64,000 nt of DNA from Candidatus Thorarchaeota archaeon (GTDB lineage: Archaea; Asgardarchaeota; Thorarchaeia; Thorarchaeales; Thorarchaeaceae). The stretch is taken from the NCBI GenBank assembly GCA_011364905.1, contig RDNZ01000002.1, positions 37,994 through 101,993 on the forward strand, read 5' to 3'. Both the position numbers and the translations under genes were made by a program. Each line of letters opens with the position of its first letter. Position 1 is the first letter of the stretch. Positions 38,081-47,938 of the stretch are shown in pieces. The notes under the pieces were generated by a model. It searched no databases. It worked only from the letters and a program-made list of their open reading frames with translations, and was not told the DNA's origin.

Positions 38081-39019
38081 TCAAATATGCATTCTTCTAT
38101 ACATAACAGAAACGACTAGCACAACCGTTAGAATCCCTGCTGAAAGAATAGCTATCGAAGGCATATCGAGAGTTGTCGCTATGTCAGTGGGGGTGGTTGT
38201 TGTGAGATCATTTGAATCTTCAGGAGAAGCTTCGATAAGCCACTTTGAAACTCTGAAGAGGAGTGGCCATTCTGAATCAGGGTCGACAAGGTTAGCACCA
38301 AATGTAGTGTCGTCTCGGTCACTATTTTCCTCGTATTCGGGATGAGGACTTGAAAGGAAGACCGTTCCGTTGCCATATTCAAAAGCGACCATACCAGCTT
38401 TGTCATTATAATCGTAAGTGGCAATAATGTGCACGGCAGTTCCCCATTGTGGAGTAAGATATTGAGAGCCATAATACATGGTTGTGAAATTCTCCGAGAG
38501 GTCGGATAGATCCGGCCCAGTTGAAGATTGGTTAACATGCATGGTTGTCATATGTATTATCGAGCCCGGCTCGTTCACTGGGCTAATGAAACCGTTGAAT
38601 AAATGCAGGTATGTCACACCAAAGGTCGCACCACCACAAATTCCGAAGTAAGAACCACCTTGAGCAACGAAGTCCTTGACCTTCTGTTTACCTTCTTGAC
38701 CAAGTTCGCTACTGCATATGGTTTCAGATCCACCGGGAATAACAAGAATATCATATTCATCAAGGGAATCAATGAGAATTAGAGAAGCAGTGATAGTTGA
38801 AACCGATGCGTTCATCCACTCGAACATCTTTGTAAGGGCAGTGTGACTAGAACCCATCACACCTCCTCCACTGTAGACAGCAACCTTGACTCCTGTCAAG
38901 TCATCATGTTCAACTTGTGCAGTGGATTGGACTGGCGAAAGAATCACCAGACATAGAATTGACAATGCGCATAGACCAAGGAGCTTTCGACTATGAAATC
39001 CTCTATTTCTTCGCTCCAT
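38081..39019 (-). CDS. Secreted, C-terminally anchored BPL-N / class I glutamine amidotransferase-like protein
   Basis: Signal peptide, VAVYSGGG, LVIPGG, YFGICGGA, FLSSPHPE; Thr-rich linker, TM helix, RR. Confidence 0.8.
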   Translation of the reverse strand: MERRNRGFHSRKLLGLCALSILCLVILSPVQSTAQVEHDDLTGVKVAVYSGGGVMGSSHTALTKMFEWMNASVSTITASLILIDSLDEYDILVIPGGSETICSSELGQEGKQKVKDFVAQGGSYFGICGGATFGVTYLHLFNGFISPVNEPGSIIHMTTMHVNQSSTGPDLSDLSENFTTMYYGSQYLTPQWGTAVHIIATYDYNDKAGMVAFEYGNGTVFLSSPHPEYEENSDRDDTTFGANLVDPDSEWPLLFRVSKWLIEASPEDSNDLTTTTPTDIATTLDMPSIAILSAGILTVVLVVSVMYRRMHI

Positions 39020-39216
39020 CCGGAATCACCTAATTGGTGAAAAAACAACATTCAGGGCGTAATTTAATGGTACACATTAACGCAGGATTATGGAAAAACC
39101 GCCATGGGGATTTACAAAGGAAAAGGTTACAGTTGATTTTTATCACCGATTTCTGTACAGATAGGTCGCATTTCGCGAATAATTTCAATAATCACGAGAA
39201 TGGTTGAAAATCCACG

Positions 39217-40707
39217 ATGACAGAAACGCAAGATACTCTTAGCGAGAAAGCCTCTGCTAGTTTTGATGAACGTCTGCCCTTCAAGTCAAAACTAGCCTTT
39301 GGTCTGTCACAGGCATCCATCAACCTTCTTCAGGTCATAGCACTCAGTTCGGCAATCACTTTCTATTACAATATCAAACTCGGCCTAAGCGAGGAGTTGG
39401 CTTCACTTGCTTGGCTCCTGTTTGCCATTTGGAATGCCATCAACGACCCCTTGTTCGGAATTCTACAAGAAAGAATCGATACCGATATGGGAAGACGTAT
39501 TCCAGTTCTGCGGTACGGGGCACTCTTCTATACACTCACGTTCATTATTTGCTGGTTCCCGTTTTTGGGAAACTCACAAGTGGCATTATTCTGGAACCTA
39601 CTACTAGTACTCTTCTTGTTCGATACGATGTTCACAATGGTTGGATTGGTGCAAACAGCTTTGCCAGCCGAGATGTGCATAACTCAAGAGGCGAGGTCAA
39701 ACCTTAGTCTGTACAACGTGATTGTTGGGTCCGTAGGCGCCTTGGTGGCGATGGTCCTTCCTTTAGTCCTTCTCACTGATGAATCAACAACTGATCTTAG
39801 TCCCCTCTTCAAGCCCGTGATGTTGTTAGTCGGAATAATAGCTGGAACAGTCCTGTTCATTTCAAGTTACGCGCTGACCGAAAACGAATATGCAAGAATT
39901 GAAGAGCCGCTTGGTTTTATTGAATCAATGGTCGCGACACTCAAGAATAGAGAGTTTCTGGCTTTCGAGGCAATGAACTTCTTTCATGAAGCGGCATTCA
40001 CAATAGTGACTGGGTCTATGATTTACTTTGTGCAGTACGTGTTGAGATTGCAGGGAGTTTTAGCATCCATCCCCTTGTTTGTTGTATTCATACTCATGCT
40101 GCTGCTGAGCGTTGTTGCAGATAAAATGGTGAAACGGAGGGGTTTGAAACAAGTTTACGTCAGCGGGTTGGTAATAGCAGGTGCGGGTCTAGTGTTCCTG
40201 TTTTTCTCAGGGAGTCTGCTGATCGCAGTCATTCTGAGTCTTGTAGTGGTCGGAATAGGTTTGGCTCCTGTCACTCTGATATGGTCCCCATTACTGGCGG
40301 ATGTGATCGATTATGATGAGATACGAACAGGAAAGAGGCGTGAAACGACTTACGCTGGTATGAATGCATTGATCACGAAACCGGCCATCTCTATAGCTAC
40401 TGCAGTGTTTCTGCTTCTCATCAATGGATTTGGATTTGATAATGCTCAGGTGGTACAATCAGACTCAGCCATTCTTGGAATACGACTGGGCTATGCAGTC
40501 TTTCCAGCAGCTTGTTTCATTATAGGTGCAATCGCATTGTGGAGATGGTACACACTCGATGGTAAGGAATGGATAGCCAAAAAGTCCGAATTGGGCAAAA
40601 TACACATGCAGAAGGAGAAGGAGTACATCGCTCGACTCCAGAGAGAGGGAAAAATATCTAAGGTGTACCAGATTCTTTATGGCAAGTCGCACGAAGATAT
40701 GGAATGA
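39217..40707 (+). CDS. MFS transporter, glycoside-pentoside-hexuronide (MelB/GPH) family
   Basis: IWNAINDPLFG, GRRIP, LLADVIDYDEIRTGKRRE. Confidence 0.9.
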   Translation: MTETQDTLSEKASASFDERLPFKSKLAFGLSQASINLLQVIALSSAITFYYNIKLGLSEELASLAWLLFAIWNAINDPLFGILQERIDTDMGRRIPVLRYGALFYTLTFIICWFPFLGNSQVALFWNLLLVLFLFDTMFTMVGLVQTALPAEMCITQEARSNLSLYNVIVGSVGALVAMVLPLVLLTDESTTDLSPLFKPVMLLVGIIAGTVLFISSYALTENEYARIEEPLGFIESMVATLKNREFLAFEAMNFFHEAAFTIVTGSMIYFVQYVLRLQGVLASIPLFVVFILMLLLSVVADKMVKRRGLKQVYVSGLVIAGAGLVFLFFSGSLLIAVILSLVVVGIGLAPVTLIWSPLLADVIDYDEIRTGKRRETTYAGMNALITKPAISIATAVFLLLINGFGFDNAQVVQSDSAILGIRLGYAVFPAACFIIGAIALWRWYTLDGKEWIAKKSELGKIHMQKEKEYIARLQREGKISKVYQILYGKSHEDME

Positions 40708-40919
40708 GAAAACCCAAATCCACTATTCGACAACAGCAGAAGCGATTATGTCTTTGTTTTCTGGACTATTCACAATGGGACCACAACGAGTTGGCCTGCT
40801 CTACTCATCATTTCTCTGAGAACAAGACTACTGCATTTGTCATATCAAAACAGCATCTTATCGTCGATTCTTATTACGCCTTTAAGCAATCAATCCAAAT
40901 ACATTCCCTCTTCTGACTC

Positions 40920-42215
40920 TTACATATGGCTGATTCTTCGAGAGTATCTATAGGAAATCAAAAGCACAACAATTCCTACGGCTATAAGAACAAGAGCCGC
41001 AATGAAGCTACCTCTGTAGGCATCAGCATTTGATAAACCATGAGCTATTAGCAGATCTGCAATAGGTCCTGCAATAAGCGTTGCAGCAATACCCCAGCTA
41101 AGGAAAAAGGTCGCGTTGTAATAAGCGAACAACCTGCCTCTAAACTCCTCTGGTGCCAATCTGGCAACGATGGAGTAGCTCGATGATTGGATGACCACCT
41201 GTGATGAACCCATGAGAAATGACGCAAACAGGGCCAGGGCAAAACTTGGAGTCACAATGAGCCAAGATATGCCAATCATTGATAGTATGATTCCGGTCAT
41301 CATAACCTTGTTGTCATCAGCTTTTGCCACAAGAGATCCGATTACAAGACCAGCTAGCATAGAGGCAATATTCCCGACATTGCTGTATAGACCAATTGCC
41401 TCTCCAGTGGCGTTGAAGCCTGTCGGGTCTGCTAGAAAAAGAGAGGTGATGATTGCTATTGAGTTTCTGCCGAAGTTAATGAAGATCAACGCAACTATGA
41501 AGATCAAATATGAAACACGTATTTTTGAAGGGATCTCAGAGAGCGAGTGCTTCTCAGATGGCTTGATGTCTTCAGTGCTCTGTATTGACTCTTCTTTGCT
41601 CAGACGTATTGAAAAATAGACGATGACGCTCGAGAAGACCATGACGAATGCCGCAATATAGAAAATGATTCCGCTACTAAATCCGATTCCACCTTCGAAT
41701 AGGAATCCCCCAACAAAAGCGCCACCAATTCCGCCAAACCCTCCAATGATTGAGAGTTGTCCCATGATTCTCTTTCGCTCATCTATTACCGTCAACTCTG
41801 AGATCAATGCAGACCAACCAACATTGGACATGCTCCAAAAGACCTCAATCCCGCCAAGACAGAATATTATCACGTAACCAGCTACAATTGGCTGATTCAT
41901 CCTCAGGAAGAACATGTACACGAAAACCATTAGGAAGTGTCCAAAACCAGCAAACATCTCTCCAATAACTACAAACTGATTTGGCTTTCGGTACTTGTCA
42001 AGTAGATTACCCCAGAGGAACGATTGAGTGGATGCATTCGCAATCATACCAACAGTAGCCATCAGGGTCACTTCAGTGGTTGAGAGACCGAGTGATCTGA
42101 GATAAATCGACAAGAAGGAATACACTATTGCTCTTCGAAAATAAATGAGAATCTGAAATGTGGAGAGTCCCGTAAATTCTCGCCCTTTGAGTTGGGAGTA
42201 GTTTAGCAGTTTCAA
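40920..42215 (-). CDS. MFS transporter
   Basis: About 12 TMs; WGNLLDKY, ALISEL...ERKRIMG, APEEFRGRLF. Confidence 0.88.
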   Translation of the reverse strand: MKLLNYSQLKGREFTGLSTFQILIYFRRAIVYSFLSIYLRSLGLSTTEVTLMATVGMIANASTQSFLWGNLLDKYRKPNQFVVIGEMFAGFGHFLMVFVYMFFLRMNQPIVAGYVIIFCLGGIEVFWSMSNVGWSALISELTVIDERKRIMGQLSIIGGFGGIGGAFVGGFLFEGGIGFSSGIIFYIAAFVMVFSSVIVYFSIRLSKEESIQSTEDIKPSEKHSLSEIPSKIRVSYLIFIVALIFINFGRNSIAIITSLFLADPTGFNATGEAIGLYSNVGNIASMLAGLVIGSLVAKADDNKVMMTGIILSMIGISWLIVTPSFALALFASFLMGSSQVVIQSSSYSIVARLAPEEFRGRLFAYYNATFFLSWGIAATLIAGPIADLLIAHGLSNADAYRGSFIAALVLIAVGIVVLLISYRYSRRISHM

Positions 42216-42353
42216 GTTGAGTCTTCAGAGTCATTGTCAATCTTAAATACCATTTTCTACTGGCTAGTGTTTCTGCAGCGCTGGAGACAATTGATAGATT
42301 CTTGATTTGAGTGGAGAGCGAGAACTCATAAACCAAAACGACTTGTAAACGAG

Positions 42354-43469
42354 ATGAATACAATGACAACGAATCTGATTCATCATGAGGATTTACGAAT
42401 ATTCGCGCAACAAGTAATAGTAAAGATGGGAGCTTCAGAGGAAGACGCATACTATGTTGCCGATAACCTTGTGACATCGAATCTCCGCGGGATAGATTCC
42501 CATGGTGTTGGTAGACTGAAGAGATACGTGGATGGTATCAAAACAGGGTACATACTTCCGAAAGTATCCAGAGTTGTAAAGAGAGATAGCGCAGTCATCG
42601 CGAACATTGATGCGATGAACGGGTTAGGGCAACCAGCTGGCGTCTTCGGAATGGAGTTAGCCATTGAAAAAGCACAGAGTACAGGAGTTGGTGTTGTCAC
42701 TGTATTCAACTCAAATCACTTTGGTTTCGCTGGATACTACGCAATGATGGCATTGAAACATGACTTGATTGGAATTACAATGACAAACTCAGAGCCGCTT
42801 GTTGTCCCAACTTTCAGTAGGAATGCCATGATAGGAACGAATCCCATTGCCTTTGTTGCACCAACTAACACAGAACGATCTTGGGTGATGGACCTAGCAA
42901 CGAGCGTGGTGCCAAGTGGAAAGCTCGAAGTCTATGATAGAGCAGGAAAGGAGATACCCACAGGATGGGCAACCGATGAAACAGGTTCAAGTACGAACGA
43001 TCCAGCACAGGTCCTGAAGAATTTGTATCGAGGTCTCGGCGAAGGTGGTATCTTTCCACTTGGGGGCGAAGGCGAAATTCATGGGGGCCACAAGGGATAT
43101 GGACTTGCGACAATGGTAGAAATCCTGTGCGGCGTGATGTCAGGAGGAAATATCCTCCGCGATTTGAAATTCTACGAAAACGAGAAATACAAACACCCAG
43201 GAATAGGTCATTTCTTTATGGCTTTGGACCCATCGTATTTCATTGACATCGATTCATTCAAGGCAAAGATGGATGAGATGATTACTCGTCTGAAAGGCGC
43301 AGAGAAAGCTGAAGGGCAAGACAGGATATTTGTGCATGGCGAGAAGGAGTTCGAAGAGTGTGAACGTCGCACTGCGAATGGAATACCTCTTGATGAAAGA
43401 ACTGCTGAGAGTCTATTGGGATTGTCGGAGGAGTTCTCAATTGACATTCATTTCATTGATTCAAAGTAG
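42354..43469 (+). CDS. Ldh_2 family (malate/L-lactate/L-sulfolactate dehydrogenase) oxidoreductase
   Basis: RGIDSHGV, SNHFG, GTNPIA, MDLATS, GGHKGYGL, IFVHGE. Confidence 0.92.
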   Translation: MNTMTTNLIHHEDLRIFAQQVIVKMGASEEDAYYVADNLVTSNLRGIDSHGVGRLKRYVDGIKTGYILPKVSRVVKRDSAVIANIDAMNGLGQPAGVFGMELAIEKAQSTGVGVVTVFNSNHFGFAGYYAMMALKHDLIGITMTNSEPLVVPTFSRNAMIGTNPIAFVAPTNTERSWVMDLATSVVPSGKLEVYDRAGKEIPTGWATDETGSSTNDPAQVLKNLYRGLGEGGIFPLGGEGEIHGGHKGYGLATMVEILCGVMSGGNILRDLKFYENEKYKHPGIGHFFMALDPSYFIDIDSFKAKMDEMITRLKGAEKAEGQDRIFVHGEKEFEECERRTANGIPLDERTAESLLGLSEEFSIDIHFIDSK

Positions 43470-43582
43470 GTTGAGAGAACGATAATTATACAATGTTTGA
43501 CGTTTGATAAATGTCAAACTTTATTAATCCATAGTGCTTTTTAGAAACATCCAAGAACTTCAGAATGTCGGAGTTTTAAGCA

Positions 43583-44128
43583 ATGAATACTGATGATGAA
43601 ATGATGGAAACCGTAGGGAGGAATTTCCTACGGAAATACTGGAAGATGAATCTTGTTTTCGTTGTACTGATTGTTGCAGCTCTAGCAGAAGCACTACTTG
43701 TCTTCCTGTGGGTACTTACGGATCTGCAGACGCTAGGTGTGATCCAAACAACACTTGGACTATTGTCAGTGGGACAGATAATCACACTCATTCTGCATCT
43801 TCTGTTCTGGGAGATAATTCTAGTGGGAATCTGGGTGATTGTTGTTGCTGCATTGGTTTATACAAAATGGTACAACAACCTACCTGACGAGGACAAGTTT
43901 CCAAAGAGAGAGCGAGGTAGACGTGATGAGGGTGACGCTTTTGGATTCCTCATTGGAATCACATGGTTGATAATCATCTGGTTTACAGACCGATGGGATG
44001 TTACCTTCAATGCATGGACAGTCAATGATTGGGTATACTCATGGTTATGGGCGGTGTTTTGGGACCTGTTGATCATTGGCATTCCCGTGTTGTTGTTCTT
44101 CATCTATTGGATAAGGAAAAAGCCCTGA
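43583..44128 (+). CDS. Hypothetical membrane protein
   Basis: About four Trp-rich TM segments. Confidence 0.75.
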   Translation: MNTDDEMMETVGRNFLRKYWKMNLVFVVLIVAALAEALLVFLWVLTDLQTLGVIQTTLGLLSVGQIITLILHLLFWEIILVGIWVIVVAALVYTKWYNNLPDEDKFPKRERGRRDEGDAFGFLIGITWLIIIWFTDRWDVTFNAWTVNDWVYSWLWAVFWDLLIIGIPVLLFFIYWIRKKP

Positions 44129-44326
44129 TTATTTAGTGAAGTACCTGTCAACAACCTCTTGAATCATCAAGGTTCAGGGGTTGTTCGACACACTTCCATT
44201 GTTCAATGGACGCTCTCTGTTTCGTTAGTCGGTGGAGTCGTATTATACCAACTAGGTCTTCAAAGATTCTATAAGCTTGGATGGAATATAGTTTCCAAAT
44301 CATGTTGAAGCATTAGAGGTTGTCAA

Positions 44327-45154
44327 ATGAATCAGGAACTGGGTCTTTCCCCCCGATCATGTGCGAGGAATGCTGGAACTTTCTTATTGATCAGACTATC
44401 ATTTGGTTCAATCATCTACCTTGCTTTGAACAGCGTATTCCCGGTTCCGAGTTATGAGATGGTCGGAGCAATCTCCAATATCAAGACAAATTCGTTACTT
44501 TTCACCGGTCTTCTTGCTGCTCTGTTCTTTATGGGGCTATTCAGTTTGATCGTTGCGTTCCCTCTGAACAATGTCCTGACTTCAATCGACGAAGATGGTT
44601 CAAAACGTGCTCAAAAGGCAAGGTTGGCTGAACTCTTCTTCTTCATAGTTGGCATGGGATTATTGATATTCGAGAATCCAAACTCTATTCAGATACTGTT
44701 TGTTAGCTTTGTCTTTTATGTCATCTATATGATTCTGAATGGGTACCTAGTTTTCGTGTCAGGATACCTTAGCAAAGTCCTTGGGATTTCAATGATACTA
44801 GGCGGAATAACGGGATTTCTAACAATCACAATCACGCTCTATCAAATGCCTGGTTTAATCTGGCTATCAACAATAGGCGGCCTCTGTGTCGTGATTCCAG
44901 AAGTTGCCATGGCATTTACATTCTTAATAAAAGCACTCAGAATTGAAATCACTGACCCCAAAGAAACAATAACAATGATCTTGAAGGAATTTGGCGAAGC
45001 AACAACAGCAGAAATCATGGACCAATCGTCAAAGGTGTCTGCCGAGTGTAAAGACCGTATTCCTGAAGCCTTGGTATTCTTGGAATCTGAAGGCAAGGTC
45101 GCCAAGAAGCTATCAAAAGAGAAGAGAGGTTATGTTTGGTCACTAGTAAGCTAG
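44327..45154 (+). CDS. DUF4386-like membrane domain fused to a C-terminal winged-helix-like domain
   Basis: N-terminus ARNAG.FLLI...ISNI...LF and six TMs; soluble tail ILKEFGEATTAEIM...ECKDRIPEAL.FLESEGKVAKK...YVW. Confidence 0.65.
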   Translation: MNQELGLSPRSCARNAGTFLLIRLSFGSIIYLALNSVFPVPSYEMVGAISNIKTNSLLFTGLLAALFFMGLFSLIVAFPLNNVLTSIDEDGSKRAQKARLAELFFFIVGMGLLIFENPNSIQILFVSFVFYVIYMILNGYLVFVSGYLSKVLGISMILGGITGFLTITITLYQMPGLIWLSTIGGLCVVIPEVAMAFTFLIKALRIEITDPKETITMILKEFGEATTAEIMDQSSKVSAECKDRIPEALVFLESEGKVAKKLSKEKRGYVWSLVS

Positions 45155-45197
45155 AGAAAAGGTGTGAGAGAATTGTCGCATCCAGCTGTGAGGGTAG

Positions 45198-45734
45198 TCA
45201 AACTATGTACAGGTAAATCTTAGAATCTTCAACTGCTTTAATTGGTGACCATCCCTCAAAGAGATGAATATACGATACTATACGGGTGCCTGGATTTAAC
45301 TCGCTGGTTAACTTCGCTTTCAACCGATTGTTTGTACCTATCCGCTGAAACACGGTCACCACTGTAGCTCCCGAGAGGTCTAGATCGAAGAAATTCCCCT
45401 TGACTACCTGCACTTTTTCTTGCATCCCATTTCGTTGAACATTCCATCGCGACCACATGATACGAAATGGATCCACCTCGATTCCGATGGCTTTGGCTCC
45501 GAACTCCTTAGCTGCCATTATGATGATACGTCCATCTCCTGAACCTAAATCCACTACTGTGTCATCTTGGGTAACATTAGCCAATTTTAGCATCTTTCGA
45601 ACTGTTTCTCGTGGGGTTGGTGTCCATGGTGCTCCTTTTACAATTACAGGCCACAACAATGAAAGACCAAAGATGATGATGCAAATGCAAATGAATAGGA
45701 AAGTAATTCTAATTAGCATCAAGGTATCAATCAA
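45198..45734 (-). CDS. Membrane-anchored class I SAM-dependent methyltransferase (FAM173-like)
   Basis: N-terminal TM, GAPWTPTP, VDLGSGDGRI, GIEVDP, PGTRIVS. Confidence 0.82.
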   Translation of the reverse strand: MIDTLMLIRITFLFICICIIIFGLSLLWPVIVKGAPWTPTPRETVRKMLKLANVTQDDTVVDLGSGDGRIIIMAAKEFGAKAIGIEVDPFRIMWSRWNVQRNGMQEKVQVVKGNFFDLDLSGATVVTVFQRIGTNNRLKAKLTSELNPGTRIVSYIHLFEGWSPIKAVEDSKIYLYIV

Positions 45735-45769
45735 ATGAGCACCACATCTCTACTTCGATTTGTTACGGT

Positions 45770-45788
45770 TTCTAATGTGACATTAGAA
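45770..45788. promoter_or_regulatory. Perfect 19-bp palindrome in a divergent promoter region
   Basis: TTCTAATG-TGA-CATTAGAA. Confidence 0.55.
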
Positions 45789-45886
45789 CGGAGATGGACT
45801 ATTCAAATTAAACTATATCATTTCTCGGTTTTTGCGAGAGAATCTAACTTAACACGCGCATGTTGATAACATACTGGGTCATTTGG

Positions 45887-46678
45887 ATGAGTAGGTATTC
45901 GGTGGAAATTCAACCTGCAACAATTGAAGATGCAGGCACTCTTACAGAAACTTGTAAGAGAGCATTTGAATCTGATTCAGAATTTGGAGCACCCGGGCTA
46001 GGTGGACCTCCGGGGTACGACTCAGTTGAATGGAATGCTGACAAGATCAGGAATCGCTATCTAAACTTCTACAAAATCCTCGAAGGAAAGGAAATCGTTG
46101 GCGGATTCATTGTCGGTGACAGAGGCCCAGACTACATGGTGTGTGAACGAATCTGGGTAAATCCTGACCATATGCGAAAGAGCATAGGAACGAAAACCTT
46201 CAAGCTGGTCTGGAACCTCTACCCCTCAGCGGACCTGTGGGTCTTGGGAACTCCAGAGTGGAACACGAGAACAAATCCGTTTTATCAAAGCGTAGGTTTT
46301 GTTCAGATTGGTAAAACACACGATTATTCATGGGACGGCATATACTACGAGAAGAGAATGAAAGAAGGATTCCCAAAGGCAATGTCGAGGATTGAAGAAA
46401 TTCGGGACAGGCAACAGAGAGTGATTGTCGAAGGAAGAGTTGAGAGAATCGTAGGACCTCGTTCAGTAAAATCCCGCAGGACTGGGGAAGACCTAACGGT
46501 GGCTGATGTGACTCTCTCAGATGACACAGGCTCAATCAAGCTAGTCCTATGGAACAATCAGATACCTCAAGTGAAGATTGACACAAGCATTCGGATTGAA
46601 GAAGGGCATGTAAAGACCTATCGAGAGGAACTGCAAATGACGGTGGGGCAATGGGGAATGATAATAACTCTGACATGA
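45887..46678 (+). CDS. GNAT acetyltransferase fused to a C-terminal OB-fold (archaeal SSB/RPA-like) domain
   Basis: GNAT part: GPPGYDS, IWVNPDHMRKSIG, TPEWN....FYQSVGF. OB part: VIVEGRV...VKSRRTG...VADVTLSDDTGSIKLVLWN...IRIEEGHV..YREELQMTVGQWG. Confidence 0.85.
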   Translation: MSRYSVEIQPATIEDAGTLTETCKRAFESDSEFGAPGLGGPPGYDSVEWNADKIRNRYLNFYKILEGKEIVGGFIVGDRGPDYMVCERIWVNPDHMRKSIGTKTFKLVWNLYPSADLWVLGTPEWNTRTNPFYQSVGFVQIGKTHDYSWDGIYYEKRMKEGFPKAMSRIEEIRDRQQRVIVEGRVERIVGPRSVKSRRTGEDLTVADVTLSDDTGSIKLVLWNNQIPQVKIDTSIRIEEGHVKTYREELQMTVGQWGMIITLT

Positions 46679-46708
46679 GAATCTCTCACACTTTCTCACG
46701 AAACATGA

Positions 46709-47689
46709 TTAGTAGTCGTAGTATCCTGATCCTTCCGAATAGTAGTCCATGGGTTGTTCAGATCGGCCACGACGGGATCTAATTACCACTAGGCCTACAA
46801 CTGCAATCGCGATAGCGCCGCCGCCAGCAATGACAAGCCTGAGATCAATATCACCTCCAAATAGAGGAGGCGGTGTACTAGGTTCCTCCAAGGATAGTAA
46901 ATTGATTTCAGCTACAATTTCATTATTCTCATCGTACTGCCATTGCTGAACCAAAACTCCATTGTCAATATCAACCCAGACAATCGGTCCTCCTTGATAA
47001 TAGTCCCAATCATCTGGATTGCCAAAATCAGTATAAAGTCCCTCAAAGACGTAGGTATCAAGAACATAACATTCATACCCTCCGACCTCTTCTGTATAGA
47101 TGTTAGTGTCATCTTCCATCAAGAGGAATGTGTATTCATGGTAATCCACTGATTCTACGTAGATGCCATCTTCATAGTAGACCTCTGTATATGTTTCCTC
47201 GAATAGTGTTTCATTGTCAGTTATCGTGTGGTAATATCCATATTCATACATTGTTGTGACTGTGACTTGCTGATACCCTTCCAAGTGAAAGGAATATGTT
47301 GTTTCTGACTTGACCAATTTACCATTGATATTCGTATAGCTGTATTGATCTATAATATCGATATATCCCGAGTCTTGTGACTGTAGCCGATAGTCTGGTC
47401 GATGCATGATATAGTGCGTATTGTATGTGTCAAAAAACGTCTGTAGTGATTCGTTGGAGTATGTCTCATAGAGAGTAAACTCACCTTCAAGTTCTATCCC
47501 TTCAAGGGTGAGATTATAGCTATACTTGCCCATGAATCCTCTTCCTTGAGCACTCACTGGTGTAACAAAAAGAAGTGAGAAACACAGTATGCCAATTAAC
47601 AATGAGGTTAGTGTAGGTAGTAGGATTCGATATCTTAAACTGAACAACATGGCCTCATTCCTCCACATTTCCATAAACATCACCCCCAT
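46709..47689 (-). CDS. Secreted/surface hypothetical protein with C-terminal TM anchor
   Basis: Signal peptide ending VSAQ; Tyr/Glu/Thr-rich body; PSTPPP linker, TM helix, RSRR, Tyr-rich tail. Confidence 0.75.
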   Translation of the reverse strand: MGVMFMEMWRNEAMLFSLRYRILLPTLTSLLIGILCFSLLFVTPVSAQGRGFMGKYSYNLTLEGIELEGEFTLYETYSNESLQTFFDTYNTHYIMHRPDYRLQSQDSGYIDIIDQYSYTNINGKLVKSETTYSFHLEGYQQVTVTTMYEYGYYHTITDNETLFEETYTEVYYEDGIYVESVDYHEYTFLLMEDDTNIYTEEVGGYECYVLDTYVFEGLYTDFGNPDDWDYYQGGPIVWVDIDNGVLVQQWQYDENNEIVAEINLLSLEEPSTPPPLFGGDIDLRLVIAGGGAIAIAVVGLVVIRSRRGRSEQPMDYYSEGSGYYDY

Positions 47690-47938
47690 AAAAAAAGTCT
47701 GGTGGAAGTATTCCGTTGATTATTGACTCATGAGTTCTTCTTTTTGGATGAGGAAACAAGAAACTGACTTTGACGTCAAGCAAGAAGAGTTCATCAATTT
47801 CTCATGAGTTTGGGGCTGATCGCAATTTCATTTTCCATAGTGAATGGAGGACCTTATCTGGAAACCAATTAGAGGTGGGACCTTCCGAAGCACACCATGG
47901 AGAAGAGATGGTTGAAGTTGTTAATGAAGTTCACTTAT

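Noticed and set aside
40704-40916. 70-aa ORF overlapping the GPH transporter stop (ATGA)
   Set aside because: Composition is not convincingly protein-like and no motif was recognised; it may be intergenic sequence.
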